Below, one piece after another: positions 9,659 through 20,483 of a stretch of DNA of 64,000 nucleotides. Positions within the stretch are counted from its first letter, which is position 1; each line of letters starts with the position of its first letter. The notes below the pieces were generated by a model. That model did not search any database. It saw only the letters and a program-made list of their open reading frames with translations, and was not told the DNA's origin. The position numbers and the translations under genes are program-made. The DNA comes from Pseudomonadota bacterium (GTDB lineage: Bacteria > Myxococcota_A > Polyangia > Fen-1088): the NCBI GenBank assembly GCA_017881245.1, contig JADGRC010000073.1:2500-66499 (forward strand). Direction: 5' to 3'.

Positions 9659-10627
9659 GTGTCTGGGAAACTTTTCACGCGGCGGCTGGCGCCGACGACG
9701 CTGGCACTGACCCTGCTGTGGCTCGGCCCCCTCGTCGGAGGCACCGGAGCCTGTCGCGGGCGGCGCGCCTTGACCCGCCCGATGGCGGCCGTGGACACGG
9801 CCGTCCGTCCCGAACGTTTCGCCTCCGCGCTTCGCAAGCTGGGACGAGCGCACTTCCGCTGTGTCGCGCGCTTTGACGCCGGCGCCGACAGTGGCGCCAC
9901 GGAAAGCGTGACCACGGAAACCGATCTGTGGCTCGACGAGCAGGGCAATTGGCGGCTGGTGGAATTGAACGACAAGGACGGGGGGCGCGAGATCGTTTTG
10001 CACGGACGGGAGCTGAGCGTCGCGCTACGCTATGGGAAGATGATTCGCCGCGCTGCCGAGGATCCCGAGCCGCAACGTTTGCTGGAAGAGGGCATCGGGG
10101 CGCCTTTTGCCGCTTGGGAGCTGCTGCGCAACGTCAGCACGGTCGACGATTTCGGCGAAGAGAGCCGGGCGGGTCGCAGGGTTCACATATACAAGCTGAC
10201 CAAAGCGTCCCGACCGTTGCCGCCCGCGATGCCGATCGATGTAAACGACAGGCGTGCTTGGCGGCAGACCTTGTTTGCCGGGATCATCGACGGGACCGTC
10301 GCGATTGACGACACGACCGGCACGCCCTTGCAGGCCGACTTTCGGGCCCAATACAGCATGAGCCGGCCCAATGGAACCTCCGCCGGTGGAAGCGGGCCCG
10401 GCCGGCGCTTGCCACAAGGATCCGGGGAAGCGACGCCGATGCACGGCGGCGTGGAGGTCCACGCGTCGATCGAGGACATCGGACGTAGCCCGTCGATTGC
10501 GCGTCCAGAGGCCGAGGACACCCCAACCCGCCCGCGAACGGTTCCCGAGGAAAAGGCATTGTTGGGGGGACTGCCCCGATCGGCCCCCGCGCCGGTTCCT
10601 CCACCGCCCCTCAGAGGCCAACGGTGA
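9659..10627 (+). CDS. Hypothetical exported/lipoprotein
   Basis: Long ORF with N-terminal hydrophobic segment and GAC; overlaps next gene. Confidence 0.6.
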   Translation: MSGKLFTRRLAPTTLALTLLWLGPLVGGTGACRGRRALTRPMAAVDTAVRPERFASALRKLGRAHFRCVARFDAGADSGATESVTTETDLWLDEQGNWRLVELNDKDGGREIVLHGRELSVALRYGKMIRRAAEDPEPQRLLEEGIGAPFAAWELLRNVSTVDDFGEESRAGRRVHIYKLTKASRPLPPAMPIDVNDRRAWRQTLFAGIIDGTVAIDDTTGTPLQADFRAQYSMSRPNGTSAGGSGPGRRLPQGSGEATPMHGGVEVHASIEDIGRSPSIARPEAEDTPTRPRTVPEEKALLGGLPRSAPAPVPPPPLRGQR

Positions 10628-11601
10628 CGACGAAACCGCCGGCGGATGGCGAAGGCGACGACCGCGTGCCGCACTCCGCCGATCCGCGCCCGGGCCGCCA
10701 CGGCGGAGACGAGCCGCGCGAAGCGGAGCTGATATCGTTTCCCCGCGGCGTTGCGCGCGGTGGCCGCGTAACCGAGCATCTGACTGCCAATCGCAGCCTG
10801 GTCGTGCGACGGTCATTGCTGGCGACCGCCGTCGGAGGCGTTGTTCCCATCCCGGTCATGGACGACTATTTGGCCGGACGCGTGCGGGCCGGCATGTTGA
10901 TGCAGATCGCCGATCGCCGAAAGGTAGACTTGGTTCCGTCCGCGGCCGAGCTGTTGGCGGACCCGCGTGAGGGGACGGCGGCGCGCAACGCGACGATGAC
11001 CGCGGCCACATTGCTGGCGTTGAAACTGGCCTGGCGAAAGTTCTTCATCGTTCTTGGCGCGGGCAGACGCGCCGAGGAAATGGCCACGACGTTCCAGATG
11101 GGAACACTCTTCGATCATTTCTGCGCCAAGAGCCACGTGGGCGCGGGCCTCGACAGGACCGCCGCCATCCAGATCCGCGCCGCAACGTTCGCTTCGATTC
11201 GTGGCGCGGAGCGCGGGGCGCTCGTCGGAATATTCCGGGAAGGCGCCGAGGTGCTGGGGCGATCCATTGGGGAGGCCCCGGGCTGGGTATCACGACAGCT
11301 ACAACGGGCCGTGGAGCACTATGTGGCCTCCGGCGGGAACCCCGATGCCGTTCCCATGGACCTGCCAAGAGATCGGAGTGGTCGAACCCAGGATACGCGT
11401 GCCCCCAGCCCCAAGGACGCCACAAATGCCGCCGAGGCCGACGCCATCGATCCCGATGCGCGCTGGCTGGATCGAGCCGCGGCAGTTATCGAGGATCGCC
11501 TCGGCCGCCTGGGGAGCGGTTACCTCGAATCGCTGTTGTCAAGGTTCGACGACCACCTGGCGGCGCCGCGACCGGCGCCCCGACCAGTTGGGACGAAATA
11601 G
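10624..11601 (+). CDS. Hypothetical protein (DUF697/EcsC-like helical segment)
   Basis: AVGGVVPIPVMDD motif; GTGA overlap with the upstream stop. Confidence 0.6.
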   Translation: MTTKPPADGEGDDRVPHSADPRPGRHGGDEPREAELISFPRGVARGGRVTEHLTANRSLVVRRSLLATAVGGVVPIPVMDDYLAGRVRAGMLMQIADRRKVDLVPSAAELLADPREGTAARNATMTAATLLALKLAWRKFFIVLGAGRRAEEMATTFQMGTLFDHFCAKSHVGAGLDRTAAIQIRAATFASIRGAERGALVGIFREGAEVLGRSIGEAPGWVSRQLQRAVEHYVASGGNPDAVPMDLPRDRSGRTQDTRAPSPKDATNAAEADAIDPDARWLDRAAAVIEDRLGRLGSGYLESLLSRFDDHLAAPRPAPRPVGTK

Positions 11602-11669
11602 ATGCGTGCGACGACCTCGCGAGTTTGATACGATGCGCCTGAGATAGCGGGCCAAATCGGCGAAACTCA

Positions 11670-12377
11670 TTGGCGTCAAAGTCCAAAAAGACCAGCAAGA
11701 GTGCTGGCAGCAAAAGCAAGCAAGCGCCGGCCTCCGGCAGCAAGCCTGACAAAAGGGCCACCGGAAGGGCTAAGGGCACAGCGAGGAATTCGGCCGCGTC
11801 CGCCGGATCGTCCTCCACCGCGCGGGCCAAACGAGTGGTCAATCCGACCGGCAGGACTAAGGAGCGATCCCAGCGTCGGGGCAAGGCGCCGTTCGGCCCG
11901 AAGTCGGCGGGACGGGTAAAGGCACTTGGTTCAGGTGACGCGCGTGGCGAGACGCCACCGGACGCGAAGAGGCTCCGCCAGACCGCCGACTCGCTGAAGA
12001 CAGCGGTCGCGGCGGTTGATGCCGCCCTCGAAAAGAAGGCCTTGCTACCGGTTCTAATCAACGTCTCATCCCTGGCCAGCTACACCGACTTCATTGGCAT
12101 CGTCAGTGGCCGAAGCGATCGGCAGGTGGACGCGATCGCCGACGGTATACTGGCCGCCATGAAGGCGCGGGGGCGATCGTTGCTTGGACAGGAAGGCGCC
12201 GGCAGCGGACGCTGGACGTTGCTGGACTTCGGAGACGTCGTGTTTCACGTATTTTACCATCCTGTGCGCGAGTTCTACGACCTCGAAAGCTTGTGGGTCG
12301 ACGCGCCACGCGTTCAGCTCCGAATTCCGCCCGAGGCGGTGATGGCGCAACCCGACGCTCTGTACGGCAACCTCTGA
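11670..12377 (+). CDS. rsfS: Ribosome silencing factor with basic N-terminal extension
   Basis: SGRSDRQVDAIAD, WTLLDFGDVVFHVF, REFYDLESLW. Confidence 0.92.
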   Translation: MASKSKKTSKSAGSKSKQAPASGSKPDKRATGRAKGTARNSAASAGSSSTARAKRVVNPTGRTKERSQRRGKAPFGPKSAGRVKALGSGDARGETPPDAKRLRQTADSLKTAVAAVDAALEKKALLPVLINVSSLASYTDFIGIVSGRSDRQVDAIADGILAAMKARGRSLLGQEGAGSGRWTLLDFGDVVFHVFYHPVREFYDLESLWVDAPRVQLRIPPEAVMAQPDALYGNL

Positions 12378-12796
12378 AGCTCGTCATCCTCGCGGTTGGC
12401 CGTATGCGCGATCGGCACCTCGGCGCCGTCTGTGATGACTACGTGGCGCGGGTACGACGTCACCTGCCGATGGAAATAATCGAGGTCGAGAACGACGACG
12501 CCTTGGTGCGGCGTATTCCGCCAGGGTCGGATGTGATCGCGTTGGAGCCCGGGGGCGAGTCTTGGGACACCGCGAAACTAACCACTTACATCCAAGACGG
12601 CATGCTGCACGGTCGCAAGGCGGTGACCTTCCTGATCGGGGGCAGCGACGGTCTTCCGAAGGCGGCGGTCGACCGAGCGTCCCGTCGCCTGTCCTTGTCG
12701 GCCATGACTTTGCCTCACCGTCTGGCGCGGGTGATCGTGTGCGAACAGCTCTATCGCGCTCTGTCTATCGTGAAGGGCGAGCCTTACAACCGCTGA
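12374..12796 (+). CDS. rlmH: 23S rRNA pseudouridine-1915 N3-methyltransferase
   Basis: FLIGGSDGL, MTLPHRLARV, EQLYRA, GEPYNR; rsfS-rlmH synteny; CTG start inferred. Confidence 0.93.
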   Translation: MKLVILAVGRMRDRHLGAVCDDYVARVRRHLPMEIIEVENDDALVRRIPPGSDVIALEPGGESWDTAKLTTYIQDGMLHGRKAVTFLIGGSDGLPKAAVDRASRRLSLSAMTLPHRLARVIVCEQLYRALSIVKGEPYNR

Positions 12797-12899
12797 CACG
12801 TCCGGGCAGCCCGCCCAGTTCCGGGGCGCGCCGGCCCTCCGGACACGCTCCCGACCTTCAGCGCGCGGATCGCGGACCAATGTTTTCCGCTGGTTTGCG

Positions 12900-12928
12900 T
12901 TGACTCTCGCGAGATCGACTGGGAAAAT
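12900..12928 (+). promoter_or_regulatory. Candidate sigma70-type promoter of metK
   Basis: TTGACT-17 bp-GAAAAT about 70 bp upstream of the ATG. Confidence 0.45.
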
Positions 12929-12996
12929 CCCGCGCCTCGCCGATTCCACGAATGCATTTTTTTGCGTCGATCTCGAACTGCAAAGGAGTCCCTGTC

Positions 12997-14265
12997 ATGT
13001 CCGAGTCTCTCTTCACATCCGAAAGCGTCACCGAGGGTCACCCCGACAAACTTTGCGACCAGGTATCCGACGGAATCCTGGACGCGCTGTTGAAGGGCGA
13101 CAAGGGCTCGCGGGTCGCTTGCGAGACGCTGACCAAGACCGGATTCGTCATGGTCGCCGGCGAGGTGACATCCGCCGCGCAGATCGACATCCCCAAGATC
13201 GTGCGCGGAGTGGTTAAGGAAATCGGCTACGACCATTCGGACATGGGCTTCGACTGGAAAACCTGCGGCATCATGGTCGCGCTCGAACAACAGTCGCCGG
13301 ACATCGCGCAGGGCGTGGACGGCAAGGGTGTCTATACGCGCGACGAGCAGGGCGCGGGCGATCAGGGCATGATGTTCGGATACGCGTGCGACGAAACGCC
13401 CGAGCTGATGCCTATGCCCATCGTGACGGCCCACAAGCTGGCCAAGCGACTGGCCGAGGTACGAAAGAAGGGCACGCTCGATTTTTTGCGCCCCGACGGC
13501 AAAAGCCAGGTCACTGTCCGTTACGATGGCGACAACCGCGTTTTGAGCATCGACGCGGTCGTCATTTCCACGCAGCACAGTGAGGACGTGAAATACAAGA
13601 CGCTGAAGGAATCGGTCATGGAGGAGGTCATCAGGCCAATCCTTCCCGGAGCGTTCGTGACGCCCAAGACCAAGTACTTCATCAATCCGACAGGACGGTT
13701 CGTGGTCGGCGGGCCGATGGGCGATTCGGGCCTGACGGGCCGCAAGATCATCGTCGACACCTACGGGGGCATGGGCCGACATGGCGGTGGCGCATTCTCG
13801 GGGAAGGATCCCTCGAAGGTCGACCGTTCGGCCTGCTACTACGCGCGGTATATCGCGAAGAACGTCGTTGCGGCCGGCCTGGCACGACGCTGCGAAATTC
13901 AAGTTGCGTATGCGATCGGCGTGGCCGAGCCGGTGTCGCTGTTGGTACACACGTTCGGGACGTCCACGATCGACGAAGATCGGCTGTCCGATCTGGTTCG
14001 AGCCCACTTCGACTGCCGCCCCGGCGCGCTGATCCGCGAGCTGAATCTGTTGCGCCCCATCTACCAGAAGACCGCGGCGTACGGCCATTTTGGCCGAAAT
14101 GATCCGGATTTCGCGTGGGAGAAAACGAACAAGGCCGATGCGTTGAAGTCGGCTGCGCGAAAGACATTCGCCCAGGGCGCGCACCTCAACGGCAGTCCGA
14201 AGGTGGGGAAGCCGACGGCGTCTCGGGCGCCACAAAAGAAACGGGCCGCGGCCGTCGCGATCTAA
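12997..14265 (+). CDS. metK: S-adenosylmethionine synthetase
   Basis: [35 protein letters not shown]; AAGGAG RBS. Confidence 0.98.
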   Translation: MSESLFTSESVTEGHPDKLCDQVSDGILDALLKGDKGSRVACETLTKTGFVMVAGEVTSAAQIDIPKIVRGVVKEIGYDHSDMGFDWKTCGIMVALEQQSPDIAQGVDGKGVYTRDEQGAGDQGMMFGYACDETPELMPMPIVTAHKLAKRLAEVRKKGTLDFLRPDGKSQVTVRYDGDNRVLSIDAVVISTQHSEDVKYKTLKESVMEEVIRPILPGAFVTPKTKYFINPTGRFVVGGPMGDSGLTGRKIIVDTYGGMGRHGGGAFSGKDPSKVDRSACYYARYIAKNVVAAGLARRCEIQVAYAIGVAEPVSLLVHTFGTSTIDEDRLSDLVRAHFDCRPGALIRELNLLRPIYQKTAAYGHFGRNDPDFAWEKTNKADALKSAARKTFAQGAHLNGSPKVGKPTASRAPQKKRAAAVAI

Positions 14266-14404
14266 GCGCGCAACACGCCTCTGCGCCGTGGCCACACGAG
14301 CGGGTGAGTCTATTGGCGTGTGATTGCGACTTGCGTCGGAGTCGCGAGGGGCGGTTTGCCCTGAGGCGCCTGGGATCGTAGTGTGTCTTCGGCTCGGCCG
14401 TACC

Positions 14405-15271
14405 ATGAATGACGTCGATTTCTCGTACGCGATGTTTCTGCTCCTGGGGGTCACGGTGGGTCTCTATGCCGCACGCGCCGTGGTTCGGGGCAGGGCCCGT
14501 CACGAACGTTCGGACCGCGACGGTGGCAGCGTGTTCGTGGGCAAGACCTTCATGGAATTCGGCCTTTGGCTCATGGGTCCGGTGGTCGGGCTGCTCGGCC
14601 GGACGCGGGTGACACCGAACCAAGTCACGGCTTTGTCATTGGTGCCCGCGTTGGGCGCCGGCGTGGCGGTGTCTCAGGGGTGGTTTGGTCTTGGCTGTGT
14701 GTTGGCGACCTGCGCCGCGCTGGGCGACGTGGTCGACGGACTCCTTGCCCGTCAGCTGGGCTCGGCCTCGGACGCGGGGGAAGCAATCGACGCCTTCGTT
14801 GACCGGTTCGGTGAGTCCTTCTTCATGGGCGGGTTGGTCATCTACTATCGTTTCTCTCCCGGCTTGTGCCTGCTGGCGATGGTCGCGCTATTGGCCGCGT
14901 TCATGGTGAGTTACTCGACCGCCAAAGCCGAGGCGCTGGGCGTGGCGCCGCCCCGTGGAACGATGCGAAGGGCCGAGCGCGCGGTCTACTTGATGTTCGC
15001 CTCCGCGCTGACTCCGCTGGTTAGTCTGTGGGCGGGCTCGGATGCACCTCTGATCGTGCGACAGGCGCCGATGATTTTGGCGCTGAGCTTGATTGGGGTC
15101 GTGGGCAATGTTTCCGTCGTGCGAAGATTGCGTGCGATCATTCGGGCAATCCACGTGCGCGACGGCGGAAACGGGCCTTCGGTGCGTCCGCCCCGTGGTG
15201 GGCCCGTGACCACGCCGTCGTCGCGCCTAATGACCGTCGCGGGCATCGACGAGTCTCCCTCGACCGGCTAG
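14405..15271 (+). CDS. CDP-alcohol phosphatidyltransferase family protein
   Basis: TPNQVT; DVVDGLLAR...GEAIDAFVDR signature. Confidence 0.9.
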   Translation: MNDVDFSYAMFLLLGVTVGLYAARAVVRGRARHERSDRDGGSVFVGKTFMEFGLWLMGPVVGLLGRTRVTPNQVTALSLVPALGAGVAVSQGWFGLGCVLATCAALGDVVDGLLARQLGSASDAGEAIDAFVDRFGESFFMGGLVIYYRFSPGLCLLAMVALLAAFMVSYSTAKAEALGVAPPRGTMRRAERAVYLMFASALTPLVSLWAGSDAPLIVRQAPMILALSLIGVVGNVSVVRRLRAIIRAIHVRDGGNGPSVRPPRGGPVTTPSSRLMTVAGIDESPSTG

Positions 15272-15458
15272 CTGACTGGGCCGCTGTGTTGCTTGCGTTG
15301 GCGGCGATGGGCGCTCGGGCCTTCGGGTCGCGTCAGGTTTGAACCAGCGGCCCGCGATCGGTCCTCGTCCCGCCCAATTTGTTGGGCGACGGGAAAAATA
15401 CGTTTTGCGGATTGGACCTTGGCGCTAGAATCGGCCCACCAACTGGAAGGAGGGGTCG

Positions 15459-15890
15459 ATGGGGCTGTTACGTTTGGCTCAGGAAACGCCAGAAGTCGCG
15501 CCGGAATTGCCCGTTGCGGAGGCGGTGGCGATCATGACGACACGACGGGTAGGCGCGGTTGCGGTGACCCGTGGCCGCAAGATTCTGGGTGTCTTTACCG
15601 AACGGGATCTCATGCGTCGCGTGGTATTCGAGCAGCGTGATCCGGCGACGACCGTGATCTCGGACGTCATGACCAGCCCGGTGCGCACCGTGCCGGACTC
15701 CATGTCGATCGAAGAAGCGGCGGCGCTGATGCGGAAGGGTCACTTCCGGCACCTGGCCATCGTGGATGAAGGCGACAACCTGCTTGGCATGATCGGTCTT
15801 CGCTATCTGCAGTACGAGCTGCTTGCGGAGCTCGAACGCAAGATCGGGGGCCTGCAGAGTTACATCATGGTGGACGGTCCGGGCGGCTAG
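15459..15890 (+). CDS. CBS-pair domain protein
   Basis: GVFTERDLM, VMTSPV, FRHLAIVD; GGAGG RBS. Confidence 0.9.
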   Translation: MGLLRLAQETPEVAPELPVAEAVAIMTTRRVGAVAVTRGRKILGVFTERDLMRRVVFEQRDPATTVISDVMTSPVRTVPDSMSIEEAAALMRKGHFRHLAIVDEGDNLLGMIGLRYLQYELLAELERKIGGLQSYIMVDGPGG

Positions 15891-15940
15891 ACCGCGACTA
15901 GATTCTGGCCTCGAAGCGTCACCCTCGTGCTGCGAGGCGA

Positions 15941-16933
15941 CTAGCCTTGCCGGGCGCCAGGAAGGGGAACGGACGTGGCCCGCCTCGAGAGGTTGGCGTC
16001 TGAAAAGTGATCGGCGAATGAGCCGGTTGAAGTGGCGGCACACGCGATCCGATAGCGCTCACAGCGTTCGATCATCTCGTTCGTGCTCTTCGGCATCGCA
16101 ACCCGTGCGCGCGCGATGTAACCCGCGAGATCCTTGCACTGCTTGATCAAAGTCAGTCCCTGCGACGCCGCTAGCTCGTCGGCCGGGGCTCGCGCGGGGG
16201 CCAAGCGCGGCTCGAAAGCCGCGAGACGTTCGCCGGTCACGACAAACGACGCCCAGACATCAAAGATATCCTCCTCGGTGCGTAGCGTCTCGCATTTAAC
16301 CTTGGCGGCCGCGGCAAACTCACGGACCAGCGGCTCGACCCCGACGAACATCGGGAGACGACCCAAGGCGCCAATCAGCCCGTCGGCGATGCGGTCGATC
16401 CCACGCATGGCTTGGGCGATCTTGATGTAGCGGCTCTTGTAAAATTCCTCGATGGGAAAGGCGAAGGCCTTGAACGGCTCGCCCCACAGCTCGTCGATGC
16501 CCTCGTCACCGCTGCGATGCAGGACCATCTTCCCCAGAACGAGGGCCTCCTGTAAATGTTCTCCGCACTGACGCATGAGCGCGTTGTCGGGCAAGATGGT
16601 GACGCCGCACGTCTGGATGTCCACCAATTTGGTGAAGATATCGGCGGCTCTGTTGAACAGGGCGCCGGCCAGCATGGCCCCCTTGACGCGCCGTCGCTGG
16701 CCATCGCTCTCACGTTCGAAAGCTGTGCGCGCCTCTTCGAGGCGAGTACTCGGCACATTCAAGCCGTGCTCCACGTGGTTGAACAGTCGACGAGTCGACG
16801 CTTCGATCAATCGTTTTTTCGCGAGGAGTGTGTCCGCCGGAACGTCGTACGCCTTGATCCAGTAGCCGTCGTAGTAGACGCGCCACAGACCGTCGGTGAA
16901 TCGTTTTGTGCCTGCTGCTAGTTCGCCATCCAT
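15941..16933 (-). CDS. Hypothetical protein
   Basis: 330-aa ORF with protein-like composition; no family recognised. Confidence 0.75.
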   Translation of the reverse strand: MDGELAAGTKRFTDGLWRVYYDGYWIKAYDVPADTLLAKKRLIEASTRRLFNHVEHGLNVPSTRLEEARTAFERESDGQRRRVKGAMLAGALFNRAADIFTKLVDIQTCGVTILPDNALMRQCGEHLQEALVLGKMVLHRSGDEGIDELWGEPFKAFAFPIEEFYKSRYIKIAQAMRGIDRIADGLIGALGRLPMFVGVEPLVREFAAAAKVKCETLRTEEDIFDVWASFVVTGERLAAFEPRLAPARAPADELAASQGLTLIKQCKDLAGYIARARVAMPKSTNEMIERCERYRIACAATSTGSFADHFSDANLSRRATSVPLPGARQG

Positions 16934-17155
16934 CGCGCCATCCCCATCGCCCCCTCGCGCGAGAGCAGCGATTCGCGCTCACATTTTACAACTCGGCCAC
17001 CGATTGTGTGGCTTGGTCCATGAATTCATTTACGAAGAAACAAGTACAAGACCGCGTGGTGCCCTTGCCGGAAATGCGACGGAGACATGTGCGAAATAAT
17101 GTCGTGGGCCGCCAGGTCCAGCTCCTGTGGGTCGTCCTTCGAGACCGACCCGCGA

Positions 17156-18313
17156 TCAGAGTGTCGTATCACATACGATGGCGGCGTGGTCCGAGACTGG
17201 ATGCCCTTCGGCGTCGCGAGGATTGACCACCGTCGCCCAAACCGGACGGAGCCCCTTGCCCGCGAACCAATCGAGGCGAGCGGGCAAGCGGGCGTGCCAC
17301 CGCCGCAGCATCCGGCGTACGATCCAGACCAGGACCCGTCCCCCCGAGCGTCGCAATTTTTCCACCGCGTAGGGGTCGTTGAAATCGTAGTGATAGGTGG
17401 CGAGGCGGCGGTCATTGAAGCCATCGACGGTGTAGCCGCGGGCGGCGAGTAGATCGAACAGGGGTCGTTCGCCACCGAGATCGGGCATCATGTAGGCATC
17501 GATCGTGCGCCGAAGACCGGACAGAGCGAGCTTGCCAAGGACGTCGCGAGCCAGCGCGAGCGACGACGATAGATCGTGGGTCGAACAATTGAAGTCGCCG
17601 CCGACGATCGCGGGTAGCGAGCCTTCCGCGCGGTGGAGAACCGCACCGAGTTGGCTCGCGCGCTGGCGTGGGCTGGCGTTCGAATCGAAGTGACAGGCGG
17701 CGACGACGAACGGACCAGACAAAGTCTCGATCTCGACCAGGACCGCCCGTTTGCGACCAAGGCGTCGCTCGGACGATGAGAACTTGTCGCGCAATTCAGG
17801 TAGATCGACATTTTCGGCGCGTAGAAGAGCGGCGCGACTGAAAATGGCGGTCCCCGCGAGCGCGCTGGTATTGGTAGCTCCCGCGCGGTTTTCGCCCCAA
17901 TCGTCCTCCAACGCCAAGTACGACGGCCCGAACACGTAACTCATGCCCAGTGCCGAGGCCAGATCGCGCGCGACGTTGCGATTGTGCGAGCGACCGAGTC
18001 CACAGTCGATCTCGCTCAGCAAGAGTACATCCGCCATCGAGAGGATCGGATCATCCCGCAGCGCGCCCAGGATCGCATCGAACCGAGCGCCCCGCTGGAT
18101 GTTCCAGGCGACGAGCCGCAAGGTCCCGGCGCGCGCGGCGGGGCGGGGCGCGTGGTCGCCACGTTCGACGCCGGTGGTTACGCGTTCCACCTCGTCTCGA
18201 ATCCGTGGCCATAGCGCCGATCGCTCAAGCGCGCGCCGATCACGCATGGCCCGCAGAGCCGGGTAGTGCCGCGCGAGATCGTGTTCGATCGGCTGCAGAC
18301 GCAGGAACGCCAA
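17156..18313 (-). CDS. Endonuclease/exonuclease/phosphatase (EEP) family protein
   Basis: VAWNIQRG, LLSEID, GGDFN, LDW, SDH motifs. Confidence 0.9.
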   Translation of the reverse strand: MAFLRLQPIEHDLARHYPALRAMRDRRALERSALWPRIRDEVERVTTGVERGDHAPRPAARAGTLRLVAWNIQRGARFDAILGALRDDPILSMADVLLLSEIDCGLGRSHNRNVARDLASALGMSYVFGPSYLALEDDWGENRAGATNTSALAGTAIFSRAALLRAENVDLPELRDKFSSSERRLGRKRAVLVEIETLSGPFVVAACHFDSNASPRQRASQLGAVLHRAEGSLPAIVGGDFNCSTHDLSSSLALARDVLGKLALSGLRRTIDAYMMPDLGGERPLFDLLAARGYTVDGFNDRRLATYHYDFNDPYAVEKLRRSGGRVLVWIVRRMLRRWHARLPARLDWFAGKGLRPVWATVVNPRDAEGHPVSDHAAIVCDTTL

Positions 18314-18316
18314 CTT

Positions 18317-20236
18317 CTACTCCACGGCTGGATACTGCGAGTCGGAGGTCCGTCCAACCGCCGGATAGGTCGAACGGGGTTCGGCGGCGGGTGGTGCTGT
18401 CGCCGGCCGTTCTTCAACAGCGGTCGAGGACCGCTTGAGATTCCGCGCGCCCGTGTGTCTGTGTCCGGGAGGACGAGTCGGTTGGTGAGCGCCTCGAAGC
18501 TCCGCGGCGCGGCCCGTCCCCGCCAGACCAGCCGAGGGCCGAGCGGCGGGCGCGCGTACCAGACCAGCCGAGGGCACGGCTGGCGGCGCCGGCGGCAGGC
18601 CAGCCGAGGGCACGGCGGCCGGTGCGCGTGCCAGGCCAGCCGAGGGCCGAGCCGGCAGCGCCGGCGCCACGAAGGTGGGTGCGGGGCGGAGACGTTCCGC
18701 GTTCGTTGACGTTGACGCCGGCGCGGGAGCCGCGGGAACCGCATTTTCGATCGCCGATGTCCCTGGCGCGGGTTTCAAACGCGACCAGAACGCCGCAAGG
18801 ACGACGACGGTGACCGTCAACACCAGCAGCGCGCCCAGCCAGAAGCGAGACGTTCGAATTCTCGGGGGGTTGTCGAGACTGTCGCTCGTCCCCCAGTTCA
18901 CGAGGTCTGATCCAGCCGCCGGATGGGCGTTGGCCACGACCCCCGAGATCACAGGTGAAATCGAAACGATCTGCGCAGGCGGGGGTTGGGTACTGGTGGA
19001 CTGCGACGGTTGCACGTCAAGCAGCGCCGGCGCGGCTGGCCGTTCAGATCTCCGTTCAGACCCCTCGGACGACAACGGCTGGGTTCGACCCCCCCGCGAC
19101 ATGGGCGTTGTCTCGGCATTCGCCGACACCAGCGGTCGCTGGCTGCCGCCGTAGGAAAGCGGCTGGGTCACGAAGACACGGTCGGGCCGAGGGAGCCAGG
19201 TGGAAGAAGCCGCCACCGCAATCGGCGCTGTCAGGGTGTCCTTCGGCGAATGCACGCGGCCGTAGTAGTCCGCCCAAAGAGACTGGTGCTTGGAGGAAGC
19301 AAACGGGAAGAGGGCCTTGCCGAGCAGATACACCGACGGATATCGGTCGGCGGGACGTTCCCTCATCGCCGTCAGGATGACAGTCTCGAATTCCGGCGGC
19401 AGATCAGGACGAAGCTCGCTCGGACGAGGAAATTGGAAACGAGCGACGCTGCCCAATACGTCGATCGCGGATTCCCCCTCGAACGGGCGGCGTCCGATCA
19501 CGCTCTGGTAGAGAATCACGCCGAGCGCATATTGGTCGCTTCGTTCGCCGGCCGGAAAATCCGAAAGCTGCTCCGGCGAGATGTAGTGGACGGTACCGAC
19601 CAGATCACCGTCTTGCGTTTGACCGACAAAAGACGGTGGCCCCGCCCCGATCGGCTTGACGATACCGAAATCGAGCACGGTCGGAACGATGTTGCCGACC
19701 TTGTCCCTGGCAAGGAAAATGTTTCCCGGCTTGAGATCGCGGTGAATCAGACCTTGCTCGTGCAGCTCCGAGATGGCCGCGCAGATCGCAAGCATGATGC
19801 CCGCCGTCTGCTCGACCGTCAGACGCGTCCGCGTGAGGGCGCTGGCGAGATCCTCGCCCTCCAGGTACTCCATGACAAAGAAGGGCAGGCCCTCGTAACT
19901 TCCAGAATCGAAGATCTTGACCACGTGGGGGTGGCTGATCCGCGCGGCAGCCTTCGCTTCTTTCAAGAACCGCGCCTGCGCGAGCGGGTGGTCCACCCAT
20001 TCGGGCGCCAGCGTCTTGAGGGCGCGCAGCATGCCGAGATCGACGTGCTCGGCCCGGTAGACGATGCCCATACCACCGCGCCCTATCAGGTCGACGATGC
20101 GATACTTTCCAAGAACAGTTCCAAAGGGAAGGCTTCCCACCTCGGTTCCGTCGCGCGGCGCATCGGGGGATACCGGCGGTCGGTTCTCTCCCTTGGCCGG
20201 ATCGTTGTCGCCGCCCCCTGCCATTCCAGGCGACAT
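18317..20236 (-). CDS. Membrane-anchored Ser/Thr protein kinase
   Basis: GRGGMG, HRDLKPGN, DFG, SPE; TM helix; Pro/Ala-rich tail. Confidence 0.95.
   Translation of the reverse strand: MSPGMAGGGDNDPAKGENRPPVSPDAPRDGTEVGSLPFGTVLGKYRIVDLIGRGGMGIVYRAEHVDLGMLRALKTLAPEWVDHPLAQARFLKEAKAAARISHPHVVKIFDSGSYEGLPFFVMEYLEGEDLASALTRTRLTVEQTAGIMLAICAAISELHEQGLIHRDLKPGNIFLARDKVGNIVPTVLDFGIVKPIGAGPPSFVGQTQDGDLVGTVHYISPEQLSDFPAGERSDQYALGVILYQSVIGRRPFEGESAIDVLGSVARFQFPRPSELRPDLPPEFETVILTAMRERPADRYPSVYLLGKALFPFASSKHQSLWADYYGRVHSPKDTLTAPIAVAASSTWLPRPDRVFVTQPLSYGGSQRPLVSANAETTPMSRGGRTQPLSSEGSERRSERPAAPALLDVQPSQSTSTQPPPAQIVSISPVISGVVANAHPAAGSDLVNWGTSDSLDNPPRIRTSRFWLGALLVLTVTVVVLAAFWSRLKPAPGTSAIENAVPAAPAPASTSTNAERLRPAPTFVAPALPARPSAGLARAPAAVPSAGLPPAPPAVPSAGLVRAPAARPSAGLAGTGRAAELRGAHQPTRPPGHRHTGARNLKRSSTAVEERPATAPPAAEPRSTYPAVGRTSDSQYPAVE
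18521..18656 (-). repeat. Imperfect ~36-bp tandem repeat (x4) encoding PSAGL units in the kinase tail
   Basis: CCAGCCGAGGGC recurs four times. Confidence 0.75.
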
Positions 20237-20483
20237 TACTACAGGCCATGGAGCCGAAGGGTCCGCGAAAGACGAGAAGGTAAGGCCATACCCCGCACAA
20301 TCACGGATTCGCGCACCTGGAAACTCCAGCGAAGATCCGGGCGGATCTGGAAAATTAGGGGACGGTTCTCAGAAAACTGATGCGCTCCGCGGCGAGCTCG
20401 TCCCGGGCACGCGCATTATTGGTCCCCTCGGCGTCCCGAACAACCGACACATGTTTGGCGTCCGGGTTGCAAGCGAGGGTGAA

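Noticed and set aside
12800-12996. SAM riboswitch upstream of metK
   Set aside because: No SAM-I/II/V consensus recognisable by eye.
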